Origin: an uncultured archaeon
GTDB taxonomy: Archaea > Asgardarchaeota > Thorarchaeia > Thorarchaeales > Thorarchaeaceae
Length of the DNA: 31,020 bases
Direction of reading: 5' to 3'
Assembly: GCA_964631415.1 (NCBI GenBank)
Contig: CAZVZC010000024.1
Coordinates: forward strand, 1-31,020
This document shows, piece by piece, positions 19,262 through 27,500 of this stretch (the stretch's first letter is position 1; the number at the start of each line of letters is the position of its first letter). The notes under the pieces are model-generated. The model saw only the letters and a list, made by a program, of their open reading frames with translations. It was not told the origin of the DNA and ran no database searches. Made by a program: the position numbers and the translations under genes.

Positions 19262-20701
19262 ATGGACCTTGATAACATGTTCTTGAAGCACGGCCTCCGC
19301 CACGACCGGCTGTCCGACACATCAGGTCGAAGTGACGTGTTCGACAGACAGTTCGGTGCCGAACTTGCGGGCTGGGAGCTGAGTCTTCAGAAGGGTTTCT
19401 GTGAAAGATTGGCTGGTCAGAAGTACCATTACCGGGGTTTCGTGCACCACACCCGTGATGCGTCTTTGGTGATGTTGACGCCCAGCCCTTGGCTGATTGA
19501 GGGGGTATTCGTAGTCCTCGCGGATTTGAAGCAGATGCCGTCAGATGGCTCATTCGTCGATGTCACCGGACGGACTATCGCAGTGCCATCTCTAATGTAT
19601 CGCAGTCAGAGTGCTGTACGGGCAGTCCTCGCAGACAGTATTGAAACTGAGCCGATTGATCTTCTGAAGATGGTAACTCCCCCGCTTGACCTCAAAGAGC
19701 TCTCCGATATGCTGTTTGAACACGTTGGAATGGCCGAGGCCAGTAAGAGGGTGTTCGCCCGGCTCTTTGCATCAAGCCCACCGTACGAAGGTGCAGTTGG
19801 GGGTCTCACCACAGGGATTCAAGCAGTCACGTCCGAATCTCAAGTCAAGAGGTTTCTAGGCTTCATTCACAGGATCTTGCCTCCAGCTCTCAGAGGTAAG
19901 TATGCGGCACATCGGACTGTCAATGGTATCGGCGTGACTATGCCAAAGCTATGGCGAATAGAGATAGGCAAGACCTCTGAGCCAAGGATGAAGTCTATCT
20001 GCGTGGACCGCTCGGACCCACTCGACTTCAGGGAACTGTCTCTGGGTGCTCTGACAGACGCAGGGACGGCAGCACTCCCCGATGTTCCCCTGGCGATAGC
20101 GTCCGAGGACTTCTGGGTAGAAAGTTCCGACCCCTCACAGCTAATGCTCCCTATCACGAAGTCGGCAATAACATACCAGCTTCTCACACCGAGTGTTTCG
20201 CAGCGGTCAGTCGGGACAAGCACCAAACACGTACTGTCGCGCTTGGAGTCCATCCGGGACAGCTTCGGCCTAGAGGACTCGGCTCTGGCTCGGGGCCATG
20301 TTCTTGATGCGGATGCTCTTGGCCGACCTCTCAGTGTCTTGAGAATTGCACGATCGACTGCTAGGGCCGAGTGGCATGACAGTGTCACCAGTGCAGATCT
20401 GAAGCGGTCATGGGATATGATCTTGGAGCCTGCTCTGAAGGAGTTCATCGAGCTCGCTGAACTTAAGACCGCCACTGAGAGCAGATGGGGTCAAAGCGGC
20501 AGGCTTGACAGATTCAACACGAGAGTACTCCGTGCACTCAGGAAACTTGACCTTGGTACGACTGGCTCTCTGGGGCCTACACTCGAAGAGATCGCAAGTG
20601 AGGCGGGTGTGGAGAAACACGTGGCTGCTGAGAGTCTGATGTCGATGAAAGACGAGGGGGTCATCTATGAGCCTCGAACTGGCCACTATCGGCTAGTGTG
20701 A
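19262..20701 (+). CDS. Degenerate MCM-like protein (OB fold, inactive AAA+, lid, C-terminal winged helix)
   Basis: PSDGSFVDVTG...LADSIE (OB); RPLSVLRIARSTARAEWHDSVTSADLKRSWDMI (MCM lid); MKDEGVIYEPRTGHYRLV (archaeal MCM WH). No Walker A/B. CDS is certain; the family call is by eye. Confidence 0.65.
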   Translation: MDLDNMFLKHGLRHDRLSDTSGRSDVFDRQFGAELAGWELSLQKGFCERLAGQKYHYRGFVHHTRDASLVMLTPSPWLIEGVFVVLADLKQMPSDGSFVDVTGRTIAVPSLMYRSQSAVRAVLADSIETEPIDLLKMVTPPLDLKELSDMLFEHVGMAEASKRVFARLFASSPPYEGAVGGLTTGIQAVTSESQVKRFLGFIHRILPPALRGKYAAHRTVNGIGVTMPKLWRIEIGKTSEPRMKSICVDRSDPLDFRELSLGALTDAGTAALPDVPLAIASEDFWVESSDPSQLMLPITKSAITYQLLTPSVSQRSVGTSTKHVLSRLESIRDSFGLEDSALARGHVLDADALGRPLSVLRIARSTARAEWHDSVTSADLKRSWDMILEPALKEFIELAELKTATESRWGQSGRLDRFNTRVLRALRKLDLGTTGSLGPTLEEIASEAGVEKHVAAESLMSMKDEGVIYEPRTGHYRLV

Positions 20702-20740
20702 CACTGCTTGCCGTGTCGATGACCCACTCAACCACTGCTT

Positions 20741-21337
20741 TCAAGGCATAACTTTCTTGAAACTGGCCGGCTCGTCGCCCTCATCAATGATCTCTATGTC
20801 TTGGTGTCCAACCCGCTCTGCATCATAGCTGCGGGCTATTATTGTTCCATCGAGCTTCTCGCGAGCACTTGCTTTGCTACCACGCCAGACATAGATGTCG
20901 TCCCATGTATCAAGGATGAACACGTCGTCCGTGCTCAGCGAAGCACGCTTGAGAGGTACTTCGGCAAAGAATGTCTGACCTTTGACGTTACTCACTCGCC
21001 AAAGCTTGTATTCGTGCTTCTGAAGCTGCACCTTCTTCAAGATGCCTTCTGTGTCTTGGTCTGTGATTTGGAACTTCTTGAAGAGCACCTTGAACGCTGG
21101 TGGCTCCTTGCCACCCTCAATGCGTGTCAGCTTAGCTTGGCCCTTCCTCTCTGTGTCTTTGAAGACAGACTCTGCCGCAGCCATGAACTGTTCGTCGACT
21201 GTGGACTTTGGGCCAACCCATGCGTACAGAGTGGCACCAGCATCAATCAGGTAACAGTCACCCCGTCCAAAAGTGCCCGGTTCCGGCACCTTGACGAGCT
21301 TACCTTTCTGAACGTGGAATACTATCGGTTCGGGCAT
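20741..21337 (-). CDS. Two-domain gelsolin-like protein (Asgard 2DGel type)
   Basis: Two gelsolin repeats: GDCYLIDAGATLYAWVGPKS..DE...EGGKEPPAF and DDVFILDTWDDIYVWRGSKAS..E...EGDEPASF. Confidence 0.93.
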   Translation of the reverse strand: MPEPIVFHVQKGKLVKVPEPGTFGRGDCYLIDAGATLYAWVGPKSTVDEQFMAAAESVFKDTERKGQAKLTRIEGGKEPPAFKVLFKKFQITDQDTEGILKKVQLQKHEYKLWRVSNVKGQTFFAEVPLKRASLSTDDVFILDTWDDIYVWRGSKASAREKLDGTIIARSYDAERVGHQDIEIIDEGDEPASFKKVMP

Positions 21338-21363
21338 GAGAAAGCGGAATGCACGAGGAGACT

Positions 21364-21376
21364 GTTAAGTTATATC
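21364..21376 (-). promoter_or_regulatory. Putative TATA box for the gelsolin gene (divergent gelsolin/Fpg intergenic region)
   Basis: Minus strand GATATAACTTAAC about 30 nt upstream of ATG 21337, in otherwise GC-balanced DNA. Confidence 0.45.
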
Positions 21377-21431
21377 CGTGCGAACCTCGTCTTGACATCC
21401 ACGGATTCAGGCTGGCCTGGTGACCGAATTC

Positions 21432-22238
21432 ATGCCCGAGATTCCTGAGTTGGAGGCGATTACACAGAGGCTGACCGAAGTGCTCTACGGAAGAGTTGTA
21501 CAAAGTCTGTCCATCCACAACCACTTGGTCATCCATGGCACAACCGTGGAACGGTTCGAACAGCTGGCAAGAGGTAAGGTTCTCCAATCGTTCACAGCCG
21601 ACGGCAAGTTCATCATTGCGGGCATGAGTGACTCACTTCAGATAGTGATCAACCCAATGCTCACTGGACGCTTCCGCATCTCGACCCGCCCGAGAAAACC
21701 GATGAAGTCAGATGTGCTCTCGGTCTGTACTGACGGTCCGACTCTCTGGTACGATGATAGGAAGTTCATGAGTCGTGTGTACTTGGTTTCGGATGACGAC
21801 TACAAGCAGGTTGCAGGTTTCGTAGGTCGAGGACCATCTGCTCTCGATCCCGAGCTGACGCTTGAGAGCTTCAGAATGCGCATACGCAGCTTCCATGGAC
21901 AAACAAAGAACGTGCTTCAGAACCAGCGTTTCGTGAAAGGCATCGGGAACGCCTATGCTGACGAAATACTCCTCTACGCAGGCATACTGCCATTTCGTAG
22001 ACGTGGGTCACTTGATGATGGCGAGGTGGAGCGTCTTTACGTTGCCATGAGAAGTGTTCTCAGCCGATACCGTGACATGCTCTCGACTCGCAGCCTTACT
22101 GATCTTGGGCCAGAGAAGCGCGATTTTCTAATGATTCACGGGAAAGGCGGCGGTATCTGCCCGCTGTGTGGGGGACGAGTATCAGAGGTCACAGCCAACC
22201 GTTTCAAGACTAACTACTGCCAGAACTGTCAGAGATGA
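21432..22238 (+). CDS. mutM: Fpg/Nei family DNA glycosylase/AP lyase
   Basis: Catalytic N-terminus MPEIPE fixes the start at ATG 21432; GK, H2TH GIGNAYADEIL, Zn finger CPLCG...YCQNCQ. Confidence 0.9.
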   Translation: MPEIPELEAITQRLTEVLYGRVVQSLSIHNHLVIHGTTVERFEQLARGKVLQSFTADGKFIIAGMSDSLQIVINPMLTGRFRISTRPRKPMKSDVLSVCTDGPTLWYDDRKFMSRVYLVSDDDYKQVAGFVGRGPSALDPELTLESFRMRIRSFHGQTKNVLQNQRFVKGIGNAYADEILLYAGILPFRRRGSLDDGEVERLYVAMRSVLSRYRDMLSTRSLTDLGPEKRDFLMIHGKGGGICPLCGGRVSEVTANRFKTNYCQNCQR

Positions 22239-22309
22239 GTGTCGGGCGATACGCTAATCTGAGGGCTGGACCTGACACTTGGGCAGGAATTGTGCAGAGC
22301 TGATACCAG

Positions 22310-23491
22310 ATGGACAAGTGGGAAGAGAGCTTCCTCAGGGAGATTGTTGAGCTGGACACCGAAACTGAACCGAAGAAGAACTATGTTGAGTGTGCCAGAA
22401 TCATCAAGAGGTACTGTGAAGAGGCAGGTCTCAAGGTCGATGTCTTCGACTCGAAACACGATGGCATACCTCAACCGAATGTCGTGGCAACACTAGATGC
22501 AGGAGCCAAGCAGACGATACTGCTATGCACTCACTATGACATAGTCCCAGCTGGCGATGTGGCCTCATGGACTCGACCACCTTTCAAACTGACAGTCCAA
22601 GGTGACAAGGTCTATGGTCGCGGAGTGACTGACAACAAGGGGAACATTGTGGCCTCAGTGAGTGCTGCTCGCGAGCTCATCAAGAAACGAAGCTCCAAGG
22701 TGAACTGGAAGATACTCATCTCTCCCAACGAGGAGATTGGGGGCGAGTGGGGGATTGACTACCTCATAAACGGTCCCCCAAAGATCAGGGGTGACTTCGC
22801 ATTGGTGGTCGACTCTGGACCTGCGTACGTGAGCATTGGAGCCAGCGGCATCGTGTCAGGCACCATCACAGTGCATGGCACTCAGGGACATGCAGGATAT
22901 CCATTTGCATTCAACAACGCCATCCATCTGTCCCTTCCACTGCTCAATGTCATGTTGGACTATGTAGATGTCCGACGCAAGATTGAGTCGAAGCTCCCTG
23001 CTCCTCCTGGCAGTCCATACAAGAACCTATGGGGGCGGTTCTCCATCACAGTGTATCATGCTGGCACAAAGACGAATGTCATACCCGGGAAGGCGGAGAT
23101 ATCATTTGACTGCAGGCTGATTCCGGAGGAGAACCCTGATGACGTTGCCAGAAACCTAGAAGAGTTCTTCGAGAAGGCCAAAGAGGAAACCTCCGTTGAA
23201 GCCACACTCGAAATCAAGACGAAGGCGAGCGGTTGGGGCTCAGACCCCAACAACAGGTTCATGAAGGCATGGCATGCCGCTGTGAAAGAAGTTGTGGGTC
23301 CGAGTATCCCCCTAGCTGCAGATCTTGGAGGGAATGACGGACACTACTTCGTAAAGGTCGGAATACCCACGGCATGCTTTGGCACGATTGCCGACGATAC
23401 AAATTTCCATGGGATTGACGAGTTCATGCGAACTGGGGACTACGAAAAGGTGAAGAAGTCTCTCATCTGCTTCTCTGAGAAGTGGAAGTGA
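22310..23491 (+). CDS. M20 family metallo-amidohydrolase (ArgE/DapE-like)
   Basis: HYDIVP, YGRGVTDNKG, NEEIGG, GHAG, NVIPG, HGIDE. Confidence 0.92.
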   Translation: MDKWEESFLREIVELDTETEPKKNYVECARIIKRYCEEAGLKVDVFDSKHDGIPQPNVVATLDAGAKQTILLCTHYDIVPAGDVASWTRPPFKLTVQGDKVYGRGVTDNKGNIVASVSAARELIKKRSSKVNWKILISPNEEIGGEWGIDYLINGPPKIRGDFALVVDSGPAYVSIGASGIVSGTITVHGTQGHAGYPFAFNNAIHLSLPLLNVMLDYVDVRRKIESKLPAPPGSPYKNLWGRFSITVYHAGTKTNVIPGKAEISFDCRLIPEENPDDVARNLEEFFEKAKEETSVEATLEIKTKASGWGSDPNNRFMKAWHAAVKEVVGPSIPLAADLGGNDGHYFVKVGIPTACFGTIADDTNFHGIDEFMRTGDYEKVKKSLICFSEKWK

Positions 23492-24616
23492 ATGGTCGAC
23501 CTGAGTCTTCTCAAGATAGGAAGTCCGGGGCCTTTCCTACCCCCTTGGGATAATGCCTTGAAGAATGCCAAGCTCATTGACTCTTTGGGCTATGACAGCA
23601 TGGCATTTCCAGATCACTTCGCTGGTTTTGTGCCTGAGAGCATCTGGACGCCCGACATAACACCCCTAGCGCTGATCCAGCAGTCTCCTCATACCTACTA
23701 TGAGATGAGTACGATAATGGCGGCCTGTGCCGTAGTAACAGAAAGAGTCAAACTCATCTCAAGTGTGACGGAGCCCATTCGCAGGAACCCTGTGCTTCTT
23801 GCGCAGACCTTCTTGACGCTTGACCATGTCAGTCACGGTCGCACGATAATGGGAATCGGAGCCGGTGAGATTGAGAACGTCACGCCTTATGGACTGGACT
23901 ACTCTGGCCAAGTGGCCCGTCTGAGGGAGGCGCTCGAGATCATCGGAAGGATATGGACGACCCAAGAGCCGTTCGACTATGATGGCAGATTCTACACACT
24001 GAGAAACGCCGTCATGTCGCTGCGGCCTGCAGTTGAGGGCCAGCCTCCACAGATGTGGATTGCCGCACATGGCCCGAAGATGCTCGCGGTTGCTGCCGAG
24101 TTTGGTGATGGTTGGCTGCCCACAGTGCTTCGTCCTGTAGACTATGGCGCACGGCTCAGAGAGATAATGCGGTACAGGAAGAAGCTCAACAGGACCGGCC
24201 AGTTCACGGCGGCACTCTGGAACTGGTGCATACTGGATGATGACCCCGCAGAGTGCGATCGCATGATGCGTACACCTCTCGCGAAGGCGTTTGCTCTTCT
24301 CTATCCCGCGAGTGAGTGGAAGCGGTTAGGGTTCGCTCATCCGTTCGGAAGCGACTTCTACTCGCTCCGCGATTACGTGCCGATGGGTATCAGTCGCGAA
24401 ACAGCTCTGCGTGCAATAGACCAAGTACCGGACAAAGTGCTGCGCGAGTTCTACATGTGTGGCGACGCCGATAGCATCGTAGGGATGCTTGAGGAATATG
24501 CACGGCAGGGACTTCAACATATGATTCTGTGGAACAGTACTGGAATGTTCGACTTGGAGAAGACACGTAGCTCCTACAAGGTGATGAAAGACGTCCTCGC
24601 ATGCGTCAAAGGATAG
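23492..24616 (+). CDS. Luciferase-like (LLM) flavin/F420-dependent oxidoreductase
   Basis: GYDS..FPDH, RNPVLLAQTFLTLDHVSHGRTIMGIGAG, WIAAHGPKML, GDGW. Confidence 0.9.
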   Translation: MVDLSLLKIGSPGPFLPPWDNALKNAKLIDSLGYDSMAFPDHFAGFVPESIWTPDITPLALIQQSPHTYYEMSTIMAACAVVTERVKLISSVTEPIRRNPVLLAQTFLTLDHVSHGRTIMGIGAGEIENVTPYGLDYSGQVARLREALEIIGRIWTTQEPFDYDGRFYTLRNAVMSLRPAVEGQPPQMWIAAHGPKMLAVAAEFGDGWLPTVLRPVDYGARLREIMRYRKKLNRTGQFTAALWNWCILDDDPAECDRMMRTPLAKAFALLYPASEWKRLGFAHPFGSDFYSLRDYVPMGISRETALRAIDQVPDKVLREFYMCGDADSIVGMLEEYARQGLQHMILWNSTGMFDLEKTRSSYKVMKDVLACVKG

Positions 24617-25166
24617 TTTAGTCATTGTGACCCAGAATCAGCACAAGTTGACAGAGGTCCAGCCTCTCTTCGAGAAACATGGCATTAGACTGGAAACCTC
24701 TCCAGTGGAGAAACTCGAGGTCCGGTCTGACGATGTGGTGGTTGTAGCATTAGAAGCCGCCAAGGCCGCGCACAAGATAATAAAACGCCCGCTCGTTGTT
24801 GATGACACTGGCCTGTACATTAGTGCGCTGAACGACTTCCCGGGAGCATATGCAGCTTTTGTTCAGAAGACGATTGGGAACCAAGGGATACTACGTTTGT
24901 TGGAGAATGTCACTGACAGGAGAGCCAGTTTCATAACTGCAGTCGCCTATTCTGATGGAAAACATCTTGAGGCATTTGTGGGCGAGATGCCGGGGCATAT
25001 AGCCCTCATCGCCCTAGGGGAGGAGGGCTTCGGATACGACCCCATTTTTGTTTGCGACGGCGAGGCAAGGACCTATGCTGAGATGAGTTTCTCAGAGAAG
25101 GTGGCTGTTTCTCATAGGACACGTGCCTTTAGCTCATTCTTAGAGTGGTATGAGCGATTCCGCTAG
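24612..25166 (+). CDS. rdgB: Non-canonical purine NTP pyrophosphatase (HAM1/ITPase); start uncertain
   Basis: VT.N.HK, DDTGL, FPGAY, GFGYDPIF, SHR. First standard start is GTG 24627, but homology extends upstream. Confidence 0.92.
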   Translation, partial: DSLVIVTQNQHKLTEVQPLFEKHGIRLETSPVEKLEVRSDDVVVVALEAAKAAHKIIKRPLVVDDTGLYISALNDFPGAYAAFVQKTIGNQGILRLLENVTDRRASFITAVAYSDGKHLEAFVGEMPGHIALIALGEEGFGYDPIFVCDGEARTYAEMSFSEKVAVSHRTRAFSSFLEWYERFR

Positions 25167-25211
25167 CAACGCTTAAGACAGTGTGCGGACCCGTTTCGGA
25201 CGGTGTCCTAG

Positions 25212-25976
25212 ATGTCTGTAAGCGAGACCACGATGAGGGCTTTGAAGGACCTTGGTCTCACCGACTACGAAACGAGTTCGTATCTTGTGCTCGTGGAGGG
25301 AGCTCAGATGTCGGCCTCGGAGGTGAGCACTAAGTCCAAGGTACCCTACTCTCGCATATACGATGTCCTTGGTAGGCTGGAAGAGAAGGGCTTCATCCAA
25401 GTCATGCGAGGCCGCCCCACTCTCTACACTGCGAAAGCACCCACGGAGGTTGTGCGTCTCGTGCGACTGGCCTGGGAAGACAAGATTGATCGGTCCAGCA
25501 AGACTGTCGTCGATGAGCTTCAGCCTAGGTTCGAAAGAGAGAGCCATGCCAGCCCGAAGGACGTCTGGGTGATGCATGGAAGAGCAGCAGTGTTGGCCAA
25601 GGCGATCGAGATGGTGAACTCTGCTAGGGAAGAGATCAAGTTGTCGATTCCCAGTCTGGACCTAGACGAAGATGACGCCGTATCAGTAGCCGAACGTGTG
25701 TTGCAGACAAAGGCAGAGCGAGTGTACCTCCTCACATCTCATGTCACCGACTCTGTAAGGAAGCTTATCCCCAAGAACTTCGAGGTTCGAACCCGCGACA
25801 GGGTGTTTGCGGCCGGTCTCGTTGTGGACGGCAGACAGACGTTGATCATGCTTGCCGGGCCTGAGGAGGAGAAAGAGTTCTTGGGCATCTACTCCAGCCA
25901 TGCTTTGTTCGCGGCGATGGCCGGTGCGTATTTCGATTCGCTTTACTCCGACTCGCAGTCCATACGAAGAGTCTGA
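25212..25976 (+). CDS. TrmB family transcriptional regulator
   Basis: LKDLGLTDYE...SKVPYSRIYDVLGRLEEKG...GRP..Y.A..P, followed by a PLD-like effector domain. Confidence 0.92.
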   Translation: MSVSETTMRALKDLGLTDYETSSYLVLVEGAQMSASEVSTKSKVPYSRIYDVLGRLEEKGFIQVMRGRPTLYTAKAPTEVVRLVRLAWEDKIDRSSKTVVDELQPRFERESHASPKDVWVMHGRAAVLAKAIEMVNSAREEIKLSIPSLDLDEDDAVSVAERVLQTKAERVYLLTSHVTDSVRKLIPKNFEVRTRDRVFAAGLVVDGRQTLIMLAGPEEEKEFLGIYSSHALFAAMAGAYFDSLYSDSQSIRRV

Positions 25977-26062
25977 GGTTTCTCCTCGCTCTTTATATCA
26001 TGTATCTCTGTCAGAACTGGTGGGACTGAATCCTTACGTAAGGGATAATCCGCAAGGACACG

Positions 26063-27439
26063 ATGGTCATGCCTAGCACGCTGGACGACACGATTATCGA
26101 AGTGAAGCTGTCGCCCTCTGCTAAGGCTGTTCTCCAGGCAATGCGTGAGATTGAAGATGGCCGAGATGCCAACGTCTTCCAAGATGGTCCCGACACGGAT
26201 CATCTCAGGGTGATGACGAAGACGTTTCGTGGTAGCATGTACTCGGCACTCACGAAGCGACTGGCAGAAGTAATTGATATGGGCGGCGTGTCAATAGTAA
26301 CTCAGTCAGATCTCATGTCTTTGGCTGCCGATCTGTGGAATCAGAATGCTTCCCGATTGAGCGAAACAGAGGTCGCTGTGATAAAGGGTGTCACCGAGTC
26401 ACCCGGCTTAGCTCTGAACGACCTTGCATTGAAGGTGGGGCTGAGTTATCCTCAGGCAAGACGGGCACATCAAAGACTCCGCGAACGTGGTGTACTCCGG
26501 GTCTTAGGGTCACTGAATCTCGATGCGATGGGCCTTGAGAGGGTCCTCCTGGTCATGAAGTCCCCACAGCTAGTCCTGACCGGGCCCTATATAGAGAAGA
26601 TGCTCTTTGTTGATGGGTCTTCGCCCACAGTGTATCTTGTGGCGGTCATCGCCCGCGAACAGAGTGCCAACCTTCTCCATCTTGTCAGATCGCTTAGAGG
26701 TGCCGCGGAGGGTATCTTTCTATGGCGTCTGTCTGCAGGTAAGCTGGGCTTCTCGGACCTGTACCTCAACACAAGGACTGGCTTATGGGAACCCGATCTC
26801 CTCCACTTTCGTCTCATGCTTCGAGGCGGGGGTTCCCCCATCGTCCTAGGGGACGCCGCTTCTGCGCCCCAACCAAGAGTCAGTTACACACCTGCGGACC
26901 TCACAATGATTGATCAGCTCCGTGTCAACTACATGAAGACTGCGCATGAAATCGTTGTCTCAACCGGGCTTTCTGGAAGCACGGCCTTTCGGAAGCGGCA
27001 GCAGATCCTGAACAGCGGAATCATACTCCCTCGAGCGGGGGTACATGTGCCTAGTCTGTGTGAACGCGCCTTTGTGATACTGCCTCCAGACCTTGCAGGT
27101 GATGTGCTCCCTGCTTGGTCTATGCTTCCAGTCACCTACGTTTCGAGGGTATCTGGCATCGAGGACGCATCGCAGGAGCGAGTCCTACTGCTTGCTGCTG
27201 TCCCGAGAGGGGTCGGTAGAGCAGTCGTCGGAGTGCTGAGTTCTGAGCTGAGTCGCGTAGAAGACTATACGGCACATGTCGTTTCGAGTGGCTCCGACGG
27301 CTCTGTTTCGATGGCGGCCATGTTTGATCGCAGGTCCGGAACTTGGAAATGGAGTCACGGCGACTTCTTCGATGTGCGGCCATACAGTGTTGTGCGTCGT
27401 GAGGTCGATGATGCGTCATTGCCAATAGACTTGGCTTGA
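26063..27439 (+). CDS. Protein with two tandem Lrp/AsnC-like wHTH modules
   Basis: LNDLALKVGLSYPQARRAHQRLRERGVL...LNLDAMGL and AHEIVVSTGLSGSTAFRKRQQILNSGII. Confidence 0.7.
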   Translation: MVMPSTLDDTIIEVKLSPSAKAVLQAMREIEDGRDANVFQDGPDTDHLRVMTKTFRGSMYSALTKRLAEVIDMGGVSIVTQSDLMSLAADLWNQNASRLSETEVAVIKGVTESPGLALNDLALKVGLSYPQARRAHQRLRERGVLRVLGSLNLDAMGLERVLLVMKSPQLVLTGPYIEKMLFVDGSSPTVYLVAVIAREQSANLLHLVRSLRGAAEGIFLWRLSAGKLGFSDLYLNTRTGLWEPDLLHFRLMLRGGGSPIVLGDAASAPQPRVSYTPADLTMIDQLRVNYMKTAHEIVVSTGLSGSTAFRKRQQILNSGIILPRAGVHVPSLCERAFVILPPDLAGDVLPAWSMLPVTYVSRVSGIEDASQERVLLLAAVPRGVGRAVVGVLSSELSRVEDYTAHVVSSGSDGSVSMAAMFDRRSGTWKWSHGDFFDVRPYSVVRREVDDASLPIDLA

Positions 27440-27500
27440 ATCACGCCGAGGCACAAGCAATATCTGCGACGGGATGGACAGTTGAACACAAGGCTTTCTC

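Noticed and set aside
19262-20701. Type II restriction endonuclease partner of the methyltransferase
   Set aside because: No convincing PD-(D/E)xK, HNH or GIY-YIG motif; the MCM-like lid and winged-helix signatures explain the sequence better.
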